64,000 bases of DNA from Auanema rhodensis (GCA_964057225.1 OZ059899.1:2976001-3040000); one strand, 5' to 3'; positions 38,551 to 54,900 are shown, counted from the stretch's first letter. The notes: generated by a model not told the origin, from the sequence alone. Numbers and translations are program-made.

Positions 38551-41500
38551 ACATCTACTTTTTGCTAAATTATTTTGAAATGTTTCGAAAAAATTTTTGT
38601 CAAAATGTTTTTGGAAGCAATGTTGAGTGTACATGGAAACTCAACATACACTAATGCATCATTTTTCAAACGATCATAACTAATTTTTGTATTAAGCGTT
38701 TCTCAATGTAGTATAGTGCATTCGATGCGGATTTTTAAGCTGCGTCGATCTGTGTAATCAGATTTGCGCTAGCTTAAAAATGCACCGAGATATCAACTGA
38801 TATAAGTTCACACTTATATCCTCGATTTTCACCCTGAAGAAATAATTTTTTCGTTGAATAACATTGTTCATCGTCTTTGCCTTGAAAAATGGAATCTAAA
38901 AACATCTACTTTTTGCTAAATTATTTTGAAAATTTTCGAAAAAATTTTTGTCAAAATGTTTTTGGAAGCAATGTTGAGTGTACATGGAAACTCAACATAC
39001 ACTAATGCATCATTTTTCAAACGATCATAACTAATTTTTGTATTAAGCGTTTCTCAATGTAATATAGTGCATTCGATGCGGATTTTTAAGCTGCGTCGAT
39101 CTGTGTTATCAGATTTGCGCTAGCTTAAAAATGCACCGAGATATCAACTGATATAAGTTCACACTTATATCCTCGATTTTCACCCTGAAGAAATAATTTT
39201 TTCGTTGAATAACATTGTCCATCGTCTTTGCCTTGAAAAAAGGAATCTAAAAACATCTACTTTTTGCTAAATTATTTTGAAATTTTTCGAAAAAATTTTT
39301 GTCAAAATGTTTTTGGAAGCAATGTTGAGTGTACATGGAAACTCAACACACACTAATGCATCATTTTTCAAACGATCATAACTAATTTTTGTATTAAGCG
39401 TTTCTCAATGTAGTATAGTGCATTCGATGCGGATTTTTAAGCTGCGTCGATCTGTGTTATCAGATTTGCGCTAGCTTAAAAATGCACCGAGATATCAACT
39501 GATATAAGTTCACACTTATATCCTCGATTTTCACCCTGAAGAAATAATTTTTTCGTTGAATAACATTGTCCATCGTCTTTGCCTTGAAAAAAGGAATCTA
39601 AAAACATCTACTTTTTGCTAAATTATTCTGAAATTTTTCGAAAAAATTTTTGTCAAAATGTTTTTGGAAGCAATGTTGAGTGTACATGGAAACTCAACAT
39701 ACACTAATGCATCATTTTTCAAACGATCATAACTAATTTTTGTATTAAGCGTTTCTCAATGTAGTATAGTGCATTCGATGCGGATTTTTAAGCTGCGTCG
39801 ATCTGTGTTATCAGATTTGCGCTAGCTTAAAAATGCACCGAGATATCAACTGATATAAGTTCACACATATATACCCGATTTTCACCCTGAAGAATTAATT
39901 TTTTCGTTGAATAACATTGTCCATCGTTTTTGCCTTGAAAAAAGGAATCTAAAAACATCTACTTTTTGCTAAATTATTTTGAAATGTTTCGAAAAAATTT
40001 TTGTCAAAATGTTTTTGGAAGCAATGTTGAGTGTACATGGAAACTCAACATACACTAATGCATCATTTTTCAAACGATCATAACTAATTTTTGTATTAAG
40101 CGTTTCTCAATGTAGTATAGTGCATTCGATGCGGATTTTTAAGCTGCGTCGATCTGTGTAATCAGATTTGCGCTAGCTTAAAAATGCACCGAGATATCAA
40201 CTGATATAAGTTCACACTTATATCCTCGATTTTCACCCTGAAGAAATAATTTTTTCGTTGAATAACATTGTCCATCGTCTTTGCCTTGAAAAAAGGAATC
40301 TAAAAACATCTACTTTTTGCTAAATTATTCTGAAATTTTTCGAAAAAATTTTTGTCAAAATGTTTTTGGAAGCAATGTTGAGTGTACATGGAAACTCAAC
40401 ATACACTAATGCATCATTTTTCAAACGATCATAACTAATTTTTGTATTAAGCGTTTCTCAATGTAGTATAGTGCATTCGATGCGGATTTTTAAGCTGCGT
40501 CGATCTGTGTTATCAGATTTGCGCTAGCTTAAAAATGCACCGAGATATCAACTGATATAAGTTCACACATATATACCCGATTTTCACCCTGAAGAATTAA
40601 TTTTTTCGTTGAATAACATTGTCCATCGTTTTTGCCTTGAAAAAAGGAATCTAAAAACATCTACTTTTTGCTAAATTATTTTGAAATGTTTCGAAAAAAT
40701 TTTTGTCAAAATGTTTTTGGAAGCAATGTTGAGTGTACATGGAAACTCAACATACACTAATGCATCATTTTTCAAACGATCATAACTAATTTTTGTATTA
40801 AGCGTTTCTCAATGTAGTATAGTGCATTCGATGCGGATTTTTAAGCTGCGTCGATCTGTGTAATCAGATTTGCGCTAGCTTAAAAATGCACCGAGATATC
40901 AACTGATATAAGTTCACACTTATATCCTCGATTTTCACCCTGAAGAAATAATTTTTTCGTTGAATAACATTGTCCATCGTCTTTGCCTTGAAAAATGGAA
41001 TCTAAAAACATCTACTTTTTGCTAAATTATTTTGAAATTTTTCGAAAAAATTTTTGTCAAAATGTTTTTGGAAGCAATGTTGAGTGTACATGGAAACTCA
41101 ACATACACTAATGCATCATTTTTCAAACGATCATAACTAATTTTTGTATTAAGCGTTCCTCAATGTAGTATAGTGCATTCGATGCGGATTTTTAAGCTGC
41201 GTCGATCTGTGTTATCAGATTTGCGCTAGCTTAAAAATGCACCGAGATATCAACTGATATAAGTTCACACTTATATCCTCGATTTTCACCCTGAAGAAAT
41301 AATTTTTTCGTTGAATAACATTGTCCATCGTCTTTGCCTTGAAAAAAGGAATCTAAAAACATCTACTTTTTGCTAAATTATTTTGAAATTTTTCGAAAAA
41401 ATTTTTGTCAAAATGTTTTTGGAAGCAATGTTGAGTGTACATGGAAACTCAACATACACTAATGCATCATTTTTCAAACGATCATAACTAATTTTTGTAT

Positions 41501-43599
41501 TAAGCGTTTCTCAATGTAGTATAGTGCATTCGATGCGGATTTTTAAGCTGCGTCGATCTGTGTTATCAGATTTGCGCTAGCTTAAAAATGCACCGAGATA
41601 TCAACTGATATAAGTTCACACTTATATCCTCGATTTTCACCCTGAAGAAATAATTTTTTCGTTGAATAACATTGTCCATCGTCTTTGCCTTGAAAAAAGG
41701 AATCTAAAAACATCTACTTTTTGCTAAATTATTCTGAAATTTTTCGAAAAAATTTTTGTCAAAATGTTTTTGGAAGCAATGTTGAGTGTACATGGAAACT
41801 CAACATACACTAATGCATCATTTTTCAAACGATCATAACTAATTTTTGTATTAAGCGTTTCTCAATGTAGTATAGTGCATTCGATGCGGATTTTTAAGCT
41901 GCGTCGATCTGTGTTATCAGATTTGCGCTAGCTTAAAAATGCACCGAGATATCAACTGATATAAGTTCACACTTATATCCTCGATTTTCACCCTGAAGAA
42001 ATAATTTTTTCGTTGAATAACATTGTCCATCGTCTTTGCCTTGAAAAATGGAATCTAAAAACATCTACGTTTTGCTAAATTATTTTGAAATTTTTCGAAA
42101 AAATTTTTGTCAAAATGTTTTTGGAAGCAATGTTGAGTGTACATGGAAACTCAACATACACTAATGCATCATTTTTCAAACGATCATAACTAATTTTTGT
42201 ATTAAGCGTTTCTCAATGTAGTATAGTGCATTCGATGCGGATTTTTAAGCTGCGTCGATCTGTGTTATCAGATTTGCGCTAGCTTAAAAATGCACCGAGA
42301 TATCAACTGATATAAGTTCACACTTATATCCTCGATTTTCACCCTGAAGAAATAATTTTTTCGTTGAATAACATTGTCCATCGTCTTTGCCTTGAAAAAT
42401 GGAATCTAAAAACATCTACGTTTTGCTAAATTATTTTGAAATTTTTCGAAAAAATTTTTGTCAAAATGTTTTTGGAAGCAATGTTGAGTGTACATGGAAA
42501 CTCAACATACACTAATGCATCATTTTTCAAACGATCATAACTAATTTTTGTATTAAGCGTTTCTCAATGTAGTATAGTGCATTCAATGCGGATTTTTAAG
42601 CTGCGTCGATCTGTGTTATCAGATTTGCGCTAGCTTAAAAATGCACCGAGATATCAACTGATATAAGTTCACACTTATATCCTCGATTTTCACCCTGAAG
42701 AAATAATTTTTTCGTTGAATAACATTGTCCATCGTCTTTGCCTTGAAAAAAGGAATCTAAAAACATCTACTTTTTGCTAAATTATTTTGAAATTTTTCGA
42801 AAAAATTTTTGTCAAAATGTTTTTGGAAGCAATGTTGAGTGTACATGGAAACTCAACACACACTAATGCATCATTTTTCAAACGATCATAACTAATTTTT
42901 GTATTAAGCGTTTCTCAATGTAGTATAGTGCATTCGATGCGGATTTGTAAGCTGCGTCGATCTGTGTTATCAGATTTGCGCTAGCTTAAAAATGCACCGA
43001 GATATCAACTGATATAAGTTCACACTTATATCCTCGATTTTCACCCTGAAGAAATAATTTTTTCGTTGAATAACATTGTCCATCGTCTTTGCCTTGAAAA
43101 AAGGAATCTAAAAACATCTACTTTTTGCTAAATTATTCTGAAATTTTTCGAAAAAATTTTTGTCAAAATGTTTTTGGAAGCAATGTTGAGTGTACATGGA
43201 AACTCAACATACACTAATGCATCATTTTTCAAACGATCATAACTAATTTTTGTATTAAGCGTTTCTCAATGTAGTATAGTGCATTCGATGCGGATTTTTA
43301 AGCTGCGTCGATCTGTGTTATCAGATTTGCGCTAGCTTAAAAATGCACCGAGATATCAACTGATATAAGTTCACACATATATACCCGATTTTCACCCTGA
43401 AGAATTAATTTTTTCGTTGAATAACATTGTCCATCGTTTTTGCCTTGAAAAAAGGAATCTAAAAACATCTACTTTTTGCTAAATTATTTTGAAATGTTTC
43501 GAAAAAATTTTTGTCAAAATGTTTTTGGAAGCAATGTTGAGTGTACATGGAAACTCAACATACACTAATGCATCATTTTTCAAACGATCATAACTAATT

Positions 43600-45710
43600 T
43601 TTGTAATAAGCGTTTCTCAATGTAGTATAGTGCATTCGATGCGGATTTTTAAGCTGCGTCGATCTGTGTAATCAGATTTGCGCTAGCTTAAAAATGCACC
43701 GAGATATCAACTGATATAAGTTCACACTTATATCCTCGATTTTCACCCTGAAGAAATAATTTTTTCGTTGAATAACATTGTCCATCGTCTTTGCCTTGAA
43801 AAATGGAATCTAATAACATCTACTTTTTGCTAAATTATTTTGAAATTTTTCGAAAAAATTTTTGTCAAAATGTTTTTGGAAGCAATGTTGAGTGTACATG
43901 GAAACTCAACATACACTAATGCATCATTTTTCAAACGATCATAACTAATTTTTGTATTAAGCGTTTCTCAATGTAGTATAGTGCATTCGATGCGGATTTT
44001 TAAGCTGCGTCGATCTGTGTTATCAGATTTGCGCTAGCTTGAAAATGCACCGAGATATCAACTGATATAAGTTCACACTTATATCCTCGATTTTCACCCT
44101 GAAGAAATAATTTTTTCGTTGAATAACATTGTCCATCGTCTTTGCCTTGAAAAAAGGAATCTAAAAACATCTACTTTTTGCTAAATTATTTTGAAATTTT
44201 TCGAAAAAATTTTTGTCAAAATGTTTTTGGAAGCAATGTTGAGTGTACATGGAAACTCAACATACACTAATGCATCATTTTTCAAACGATCATAACTAAT
44301 TTTTGTATTAAGCGTTTCTCAATGTAGTATAGTGCATTCGATGCGGATTTTTAAGCTGCGTCGATCTGTGTTATCAGATTTGCGCTAGCTTAAAAATGCA
44401 CCGAGATATCAACTGATATAAGTTCACACTTATATCCTCGATTTTCACCCTAAAGAAATAATTTTTTCGTTGAATAACATTGTCCATCGTCTTTGCCTTG
44501 AAAAAAGGAATCTAAAAACATCTACTTTTTGCTAAATTATTCTGAAATTTTTCGAAAAAATTTTTGTCAAAATGTTTTTGGAAGCAATGTTGAGTGTACA
44601 TGGAAACTCAACATACACTAATGCATCATTTTTCAAACGATCATAACTAATTTTTGTAATAAGCGTTTCTTAATGTAGTATAGTGCATTCGATGCGGATT
44701 TTTAAGCTGCGTCGATCTGTGTAATCAGATTTGCGCTAGCTTAAAAATGCACCGAGATATCAACTGATATAAGTTCACACTTATATCCTCGATTTTCACC
44801 CTGAAGAAATAATTTTTTCGTTGAATAACATTGTCCATCGTCTTTGCCTTGAAAAATGGAATCTAATAACATCTACTTTTTGCTAAATTATTTTGAAATT
44901 TTTCGAAAAAATTTTTGTCAAAATGTTTTTGGAAGCAATGTTGAGTGTACATGGAAACTCAACATACACTAATGCATCATTTTTCAAACGATCATAACTA
45001 ATTTTTGTATTAAGCGTTTCTCAATGTAGTATAGTGCATTCGATGCGGATTTTTAAGCTGCGTCGATCTGTGTTATCAGATTTGCGCTAGCTTGAAAATG
45101 CACCGAGATATCAACTGATATAAGTTCACACTTATATCCTCGATTTTCACCCTGAAGAAATAATTTTTTCGTTGAATAACATTGTCCATCGTCTTTGCCT
45201 TGAAAAAAGGAATCTAAAAACATCTACTTTTTGCTAAATTATTTTGAAATTTTTCGAAAAAATTTTTGTCAAAATGTTTTTGGAAGCAATGTTGAGTGTA
45301 CATGGAAACTCAACATACACTAATGCATCATTTTTCAAACGATCATAACTAATTTTTGTATTAAGCGTTTCTCAATGTAGTATAGTGCATTCGATGCGGA
45401 TTTTTAAGCTGCGTCGATCTGTGTTATCAGATTTGCGCTAGCTTAAAAATGCACCGAGATATCAACTGATATAAGTTCACACTTATATCCTCGATTTTCA
45501 CCCTAAAGAAATAATTTTTTCGTTGAATAACATTGTCCATCGTCTTTGCCTTGAAAAAAGGAATCTAAAAACATCTACTTTTTGCTAAATTATTCTGAAA
45601 TTTTTCGAAAAAATTTTTGTCAAAATGTTTTTGGAAGCAATGTTGAGTGTACATGGAAACTCAACATACACTAATGCATCATTTTTCAAACGATCATAAC
45701 TAATTTTTGT
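43600..45710 (+). repeat. 3-mer higher-order duplication (1053 bp)
   Basis: Four rare variants repeat at +1053: GTAATAAG (about 43606/44659), CTAATAAC (43814/44867), CTTGAAAATG (44041/45094) and CCTAAAG (44452/45505). Confidence 0.88.
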
Positions 45711-45779
45711 ATTAAGCGTTTCTCAATGTAGTATAGTGCATTCGATGCGGATTTTTAAGCTGCGTCGATCTGTGTTATC

Positions 45780-47930
45780 AGATTTACGCTAGCTTAAAAA
45801 TGCACCGAGATATCAATTGATATAAGTTCACACATATATACCCGATTTTCACCCTGAAGAATTAATTTTTTCGTTGAATAACATTGTCCATCGTTTTTGC
45901 CTTGAAAAAAGGAATCTAAAAACATCTACTTTTTGCTAAATTATTTTGAAATGTTTCGAAAAAATTTTTGTCAAAATGTTTTTGGAAGCAATGTTGAGTG
46001 TACATGGAAACTCAACATACACTAATGCATCATTTTTCAAACGATCATAACTAATTTTTGTATTAAGCGTTTCTCAATGTAGTATAGTGCATTCGATGCG
46101 GATTTTTAAGCTGCGTCGATCTGTGTTATCAGATTTGCGCTAGCTTAAAAATGCACCGAGATATCAACTGATATAAGTTCACACATATATACCCGATTTT
46201 CACCCTGAAGAATTAATTTTTTCGTTGAATAACATTGTCCATCGTTTTTGCCTTGAAAAAAGGAATCTAAAAACATCTACTTTTTGCTAAATTATTTTGA
46301 AATGTTTCGAAAAAATTTTTGTCAAAATGTTTTTGGAAGCAATGTTGAGTGTACATGGAAACTCAACATACACTAATGCATCATTTTTCAAACGATCATA
46401 ACTAATTTTTGTATTAAGCGTTTCTCAATGTAGTATAGTGCATTCGATGCGGATTTTTAAGCTGCGTCGATCTGTGTAATCAGATTTGCGCTAGCTTAAA
46501 AATGCACCGAGATATCAACTGATATAAGTTCACACTTATATCCTCGATTTTCACCCTGAAGAAATAATTTTTTCGTTGAATAACATTGTCCATCGTCTTT
46601 GCCTTGAAAAATGGAATCTAAAAACATCTACTTTTTGCTAAATTATTTTGAAATTTTTCGAAAAAATTTTTGTCAAAATGTTTTTGGAAGCAATGTTGAG
46701 TGTACATGGAAACTCAACATACACTAATGCATCATTTTTCAAACGATCATAACTAATTTTTGTATTAAGCGTTTCTCAATGTAGTATAGTGCATTCGATG
46801 CGGATTTTTAAGCTGCGTCGATCTGTGTTATCAGATTTGCGCTAGCTTAAAAATGCACCGAGATATCAACTGATATAAGTTCACACTTATATCCTCGATT
46901 TTCACCCTGAAGAAATAATTTTTTCGTTGAATAACATTGTCCATCGTCTTTGCCTTGAAAAAAGGAATCTAAAAACATCTACTTTTTGCTAAATTATTTT
47001 GAAATTTTTCGAAAAAATTTTTGTCAAAATGTTTTTGGAAGCAATGTTGAGTGTACATGGAAACTCAACATACACTAATGCATCATTTTTCAAACGATCA
47101 TAACTAATTTTTGTATTAAGCGTTTCTCAATGTAGTATAGTGCATTCGATGCGGATTTTTAAGCTGCGTCGATCTGTGTTATCAGATTTGCGCTAGCTTA
47201 AAAATGCACCGAGATATCAACTGATATAAGTTCACACTTATATCCTCGATTTTCACCCTAAAGAAATAATTTTTTCGTTGAATAACATTGTCCATCGTCT
47301 TTGCCTTGAAAAAAGGAATCTAAAAACATCTACTTTTTGCTAAATTATTCTGAAATTTTTCGAAAAAATTTTTGTCAAAATGTTTTTGGAAGCAATGTTG
47401 AGTGTACATGGAAACTCAACATACACTAATGCATCATTTTTCAAACGATCATAACTAATTTTTGTATTAAGCGTTTCTCAATGTAGTATAGTGCATTCGA
47501 TGCGGATTTTTAAGCTGCGTCGATCTGTGTTATCAGATTTACGCTAGCTTAAAAATGCACCGAGATATCAATTGATATAAGTTCACACATATATACCCGA
47601 TTTTCACCCTGAAGAATTAATTTTTTCGTTGAATAACATTGTCCATCGTTTTTGCCTTGAAAAAAGGAATCTAAAAACATCTACTTTTTGCTAAATTATT
47701 TTGAAATGTTTCGAAAAAATTTTTGTCAAAATGTTTTTGGAAGCAATGTTGAGTGTACATGGAAACTCAACATACACTAATGCATCATTTTTCAAACGAT
47801 CATAACTAATTTTTGTATTAAGCGTTTCTCAATGTAGTATAGTGCATTCGATGCGGATTTTTAAGCTGCGTCGATCTGTGTTATCAGATTTGCGCTAGCT
47901 TAAAAATGCACCGAGATATCAACTGATATA
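45780..47930 (+). repeat. 5-mer offset duplication (1755 bp); boundaries approximate
   Basis: The GATTTACGCT + ATCAATTGAT monomer lies at 45786 and 47541, and CCTAAAG at 45505 and 47260. The same pair recurs at 58772/60527. Confidence 0.8.
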
Positions 47931-50900
47931 AGTTCACACTTATATCCTCGATTTTCACCCTGAAGAAATAATTTTTTCGTTGAATAACATTGTCCATCGT
48001 CTTTGCCTTGAAAAAAGGAATCTAAAAACATCTACTTTTTGCTAAATTATTCTGAAATTTTTCGAAAAAATTTTTGTCAAAATGTTTTTGGAAGCAATGT
48101 TGAGTGTACATGGAAACTCAACATACACTAATGCATCATTTTTCAAACGATCATAACTAATTTTTGTATTAAGCGTTTCTCAATGTAGTATAGTGCATTC
48201 GATGCGGATTTTTAAGCTGCGTCGATCTGTGTTATCAGATTTGCGCTAGCTTAAAAATGCACCGAGATATCAACTGATATAAGTTCACACTTATATCCTC
48301 GATTTTCACCCTGAAGAATTAATTTTTTCGTTGAATAACATTGTCCATCGTCTTTGCCTCGAAAAATGGAATCTTAAAACATCTACTTTTTGCTAAATTA
48401 TTTTGAAATTTTTCGAAAAAATTTTTGTCAAAATGTTTTTGGAAGCAATGTTGAGTGTACATGGAAACTCAACATACACTAATGCATCATTTTTCAAACG
48501 ATCATAACTAATTTTTGTATCAAGTGTTTCTCAATGTAGTATAGTGCATTCGATGCGGATTTTTAAGCTGCGTCGATCTGTGTTATCAGATTTGCGCTAG
48601 CTTAAAAATGCACCGAGATATCAACTGATATAAGTTCACACTTATATCCTCGATTTTCACCCTGAAGAAATAATTTTTTCGTTGAATAACATTGTCCATC
48701 GTCTTTGCCTTGAAAAATGGAATCTAAAAACATCTACTTTTTGCTAAATTATTCTGAAATTTTTCGAAAAAATTTTTGTCAAAATGTTTTTGGAAGCAAT
48801 GTTGAGTGTACATGGAAACTCAACATACACTAATGCATCATTTTTCAAACGATCATAACTAATTTTTGTATTAAGCGTTTCTCAATGTAGTATAGTGCAT
48901 TCGATGCGGATTTTTAAGCTGCGTCGATCTGTGTAATCAGATTTGCGCTAGCTTAAAAATGCACCGAGATATCAACTGATATAAGTTCACACTTATATCC
49001 TCGATTTTCACCCTGAAGAAATAATTTTTTCGTTGAATAACATTGTCCATCGTCTTTGCCTTGAAAAATGGAATCTAAAAACATCTACTTTTTGCTAAAT
49101 TATTTTGAAATTTTTCGAAAAAATTTTTGTCAAAATGTTTTTGGAAGCAATGTTGAGTGTACATGGAAACTCAACATACACTAATGCATCATTTTTCAAA
49201 CGATCATAACTAATTTTTGTATTAAGCGTTCCTCAATGTAGTATAGTGCATTCGATGCGGATTTTTAAGCTGCGTCGATCTGTGTTATCAGATTTGCGCT
49301 AGCTTAAAAATGCACCGAGATATCAACTGATATAAGTTCACACTTATATCCTCGATTTTCACCCTGAAGAAATAATTTTTCCGTTGAATAACATTGTCCA
49401 TCGTCTTTGCCTTGAAAAATAGAATCTAAAAACATCTACTTTTTGCTAAATTATTTTGAAATTTTTCGAAAAAATTTTTGTCAAAATGTTTTTGGAAGCA
49501 ATGTTGAGTGTACATGGAAACTCAACATACACTAATGCATCATTTTTCAAACGATCATAACTAATTTTTGTATTAAGCGTTTCTCAATGTAGTATAGTGC
49601 ATTCGATGCGGATTTTTAAGCTGCGTCGATCTGTGTTATCAGATTTGCGCTAGCTTAAAAATGCACCGAGATATCAACTGATATAAGTTCACACTTATAT
49701 CCTCGATTTTCACCCTGAAGAATTAATTTTTTCGTTGAATAACATTGTCCATCGTCTTTGCCTCGAAAAATGGAATCTTAAAACATCTACTTTTTGCTAA
49801 ATTATTTTGAAATTTTTCGAAAAAATTTTTGTCAAAATGTTTTTGGAAGCAATGTTGAGTGTACATGGAAACTCAACATACACTAATGCATCATTTTTCA
49901 AACGATCATAACTAATTTTTGTATTAAGCGTTTCTCAATGTAGTATAGTGCATTCGATGCGGATTTTTAAGCTGCGTCGATCTGTGTTATCAGATTTGCG
50001 CTAGCTTAAAAATGCACCGAGATATCAACTGATATAAGTTCACACTTATATCCTCGATTTTCACCCTGAAGAAATAATTTTTTCGTTGAATAACATTGTC
50101 CATCGTCTTTGCCTTGAAAAATGGAATCTAAAAACATCTACTTTTTGCTAAATTATTCTGAAATTTTTCGAAAAAATTTTTGTCAAAATGTTTTTGGAAG
50201 CAATGTTGAGTGTACATGGAAACTCAACATACACTAATGCATCATTTTTCAAACGATCATAACTAATTTTTGTATTAAGCGTTTCTCAATGTAGTATAGT
50301 GCATTCGATGCGGATTTTTAAGCTGCGTCGATCTGTGTAATCAGATTTGCGCTAGCTTAAAAATGCACCGAGATATCAACTGATATAAGTTCACACTTAT
50401 ATCCTCGATTTTCACCCTGAAGAAATAATTTTTTCGTTGAATAACATTGTCCATCGTCTTTGCCTTGAAAAATGGAATCTAAAAACATCTACTTTTTGCT
50501 AAATTATTTTGAAATTTTTCGAAAAAATTTTTGTCAAAATGTTTTTGGAAGCAATGTTGAGTGTACATGGAAACTCAACATACACTAATGCATCATTTTT
50601 CAAACGATCATAACTAATTTTTGTATTAAGCGTTCCTCAATGTAGTATAGTGCATTCGATGCGGATTTTTAAGCTGCGTCGATCTGTGTTATCAGATTTG
50701 CGCTAGCTTAAAAATGCACCGAGATATCAACTGATATAAGTTCACACTTATATCCCCGATTTTCACCCTGAAGAAATAATTTTTCCGTTGAATAACATTG
50801 TCCATCGTCTTTGCCTTGAAAAATAGAATCTAAAAACATCTACTTTTTGCTAAATTATTTTGAAATTTTTCGAAAAAATTTTTGTCAAAATGTTTTTGGA

Positions 50901-51999
50901 AGCAATGTTGAGTGTACATGGAAACTCAACATACACTAATGCATCATTTTTCAAACGATCATAACTAATTTTTGTATTAAGCGTTTCTCAATGTAGTATA
51001 AAGCATTCGATGCGGATTTTTAAGCTGCGTCGATCTGTGTTATCAGATTTGCGCTAGCTTAAAAATGCACCGAGATATCAACTGATATAAGTTCACACTT
51101 ATATCCTCGATTTTCACCCTGAAGAATTAATTTTTTCGTTGAATAACATTGTCCATCGTCTTTGCCTTGAAAAATGGAATCTTAAAACATCTACTTTTTG
51201 CTAAATTATTTGAAATTTTTCGAAAAAATTTTTGTCAAAATGTTTTTGGAAGCAATGTTGAGTGTACATGGAAACTCAACATACACTAATGCATCATTTT
51301 TCAAACGATCATAACTAATTTTTGTATCAAGTGTTTCTCAATGTAGTATAGTGCATTCGATGCGGATTTTTAAGCTGCGTCGATCTGTGTTATCAGATTT
51401 GCGCTAGCTTAAAAATGCACCGAGATATCAACTGATATAAGTTCACACTTATATCCTCGATTTTCACCCTGAAGAAATAATTTTTTCGTTGAATAACATT
51501 GTCCATCGTCTTTGCCTTGAAAAAAGGAATCTAAAAACATCTACTTTTTGCTAAATTATTTTGAAATTTTTCGAAAAAATTTTTGTCAAAATGTTTTTGG
51601 AAGCAATGTTGAGTGTACATGGAAACTCAACATACACTAATGCATCATTTTTCAAACGATCATAACTAATTTTTGTATTAAGCGTTTCTCAATGTAGTAT
51701 AGTGCATTCGATGCGGATTTTTAAGCTGCGTCGATCTGTGTTATCAGATTTGCGCTAGCTTAAAAATGCACCGAGATATCAACTGATATAAGTTCACACT
51801 TATATCCTCGATTTTCACCCTGAAGAAATAATTTTTTCGTTGAATAACATTGTCCATCGTCTTTGCCTTGAAAAATGGAATCTTAAAACATCTACTTTTT
51901 GCTAAATTATTTTGAAATTTTTCGAAAAAATTTTTGTCAAAATGTTTTTGGAAGCAATGTTGAGTGTACATGGAAACTCAACATACACTAATGCATCAT

Positions 52000-54900
52000 T
52001 TTTCAAACGATCATAACTAATTTTTGTATCAAGTGTTTCTCAATGTAGTATAGTGCATTCGATGCGGATTTTTAAGCTGCGTCGATCTGTGTTATCAGAT
52101 TTGCGCTAGCTTAAAAATGCACCGAGATATCAACTGATATAAGTTCACACTTATATCCTCGATTTTCACCCTGAAGAATTAATTTTTTCGTTGAATAACA
52201 TTGTCTATCGTCTTTGCCTTGAGAAATGGAATCTAAAAACATCTACTTTTTGCTAAATTATTTTGAAATTTTTCGAAAAAATTTTTGTCAAAATGTTTTT
52301 GGAAGCAATGTTGAGTGTACATGGAAACTCAACATACACTAATGCATCATTTTTCAAACGATCATAACTAATTTTTGTATTAAGCGTTTCTCAATGTAGT
52401 ATAGTGCATTCGATGCGGATTTTTAAGCTGCGTCGATCTGTGTTATCAGATTTGCGCTAGCTTAAAAATGCACCGAGATATCAACTGATATAAGTTCACA
52501 CTTATATCCTCGATTTTCACCCTGAAGAAATAATTTTTCCGTTGAATAACATTGTCCATCGTCTTTGCCTTGAAAAATAGAATCTAAAAACATCTACTTT
52601 TTGCTAAATTATTTTGAAATTTTTCGAAAAAATTTTTGTCAAAATGTTTTTGGAAGCAATGTTGAGTGTACATGGAAACTCAACATACACTAATGCATCA
52701 TTTTTCAAACGATCATAACTAATTTTTGTATTAAGCGTTTCTCAATGTAGTATAGTGCATTCGATGCGGATTTTTAAGCTGCGTCGATCTGTGTTATCAG
52801 ATTTGCGCTAGCTTAAAAATGCACCGAGATATCAACTGATATAAGTTCACACTTATATCCTCGATTTTCACCCTGAAGAATTAATTTTTTCGTTGAATAA
52901 CATTGTCCATCGTCTTTGCCTTGAAAAATGGAATCTCAAAACATCTACTTTTTGCTAAATTATTTTGAAATTTTTCGAAAAAATTTTTGTCAAAATGTTT
53001 TTGGAAGCAATGTTGAGTGTACATGGAAACTCAACATACACTAATGCATCATTTTTCAAACGATCATAACTAATTTTTGTATTAAGCGTTTCTCAATGTA
53101 GTATAGTGCATTCGATGCGGATTTTTAAGCTGCGTCGATCTGTGTTATCAGATTTGCGCTAGCTTAAAAATGCACCGAGATATCAACTGATATAAGTTCA
53201 CACTTATATCCTCGATTTTCACCCTGAAGAAATAATTTTTCCGTTGAATAACATTGTCCATCGTCTTTGCCTTGAAAAATAGAATCTAAAAACATCTACT
53301 TTTTGCTAAATTATTTTGAAATTTTTCGAAAAAATTTTTGTCAAAATGTTTTTGGAAGCAATGTTGAGTGTACATGGAAACTCAACATACACTAATGCAT
53401 CATTTTTCAAACGATCATAACTAATTTTTGTATTAAGCGTTTCTCAATGTAGTATAGTGCATTCGATGCGGATTCTTAAGCTGCGTCGATCTGTGTTATC
53501 AGATTTGCGCTAGCTTAAAAATGCACCGAGATATCAACTGATATAAGTTCACACTTATATCCTCGATTTTCACCCTGAAGAATTAATTTTTTCGTTGAAT
53601 AACATTGTCCATCGTCTTTGCCTTGAAAAATGGAATCTTAAAACATCTACTTTTTGCTAAATTATTTTGAAATTTTTCGAAAAAATTTTTGTCAAAATGT
53701 TTTTGGAAGCAATGTTGAGTGTACATGGAAACTCAACATACACTAATGCATCATTTTTCAAACGATCATAACTAATTTTTGTATCAAGTGTTTCTCAATG
53801 TAGTATAGTGCATTCGATGCGGATTTTTAAGCTGCGTCGATCTGTGTTATCAGATTTGCGCTAGCTTAAAAATGCACCGAGATATCAACTGATATAAGTT
53901 CACACTTATATCCTCGATTTTCACCCTGAAGAAATAATTTTTTCGTTGAATAACATTGTCCATCGTCTTTGCCTTGAAAAAAGGAATCTAAAAACATCTA
54001 CTTTTTGCTAAATTATTTTGAAATTTTTCGAAAAAATTTTTGTCAAAATGTTTTTGGAAGCAATGTTGAGTGTACATGGAAACTCAACATACACTAATGC
54101 ATCATTTTTCAAACGATCATAACTAATTTTTGTATCAAGTGTTTCTCAATGTAGTATAGTGCATTCGATGCGGATTTTTAAGCTGCGTCGATCTGTGTTA
54201 TCAGATTTGCGCTAGCTTAAAAATGCACCGAGATATCAACTGATATAAGTTCACACTTATATCCTCGATTTTCACCCTGAAGAAATAATTTTTTCGTTGA
54301 ATAACATTGTCCATCGTCTTTGCCTTGAAAAAAGGAATCTAAAAACATCTACTTTTTGCTAAATTATTTTGAAATTTTTCGAAAAAATTTTTGTCAAAAT
54401 GTTTTTGGAAGCAATGTTGAGTGTACATGGAAACTCAACATACACTAATGCATCAATTTTCAAACGATCATAACTAATTTTTGTATCAAGTGTTTCTCAA
54501 TGTAGTATAGTGCATTCGATGCGGATTTTTAAGCTGCGTCGATCTGTGTTATCAGATTTGCGCTAGCTTAAAAATGCACCGAGATATCAACTGATATAAG
54601 TTCACACTTATATCCTCGATTTTCACCCTGAAGAATTAATTTTTTCGTTGAATAACATTGTCTATCGTCTTTGCCTTGAGAAATGGAATCTAAAAACATC
54701 TACTTTTTGCTAAATTATTTTGAAATTTTTCGAAAAAATTTTTGTCAAAATGTTTTTGGAAGCAATGTTGAGTGTACATGGAAACTCAACATACACTAAT
54801 GCATCATTTTTCAAACGATCATAACTAATTTTTGTATTAAGCGTTTCTCAATGTAGTATAGTGCATTCGATGCGGATTTTTAAGCTGCGTCGATCTGTGT

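Noticed and set aside
51744-51971. 75-aa ORF MYTQHCFQKHF...
   Set aside because: It is created by the AATCTTAAAA variant removing a stop codon in one monomer. It has no coding signature.
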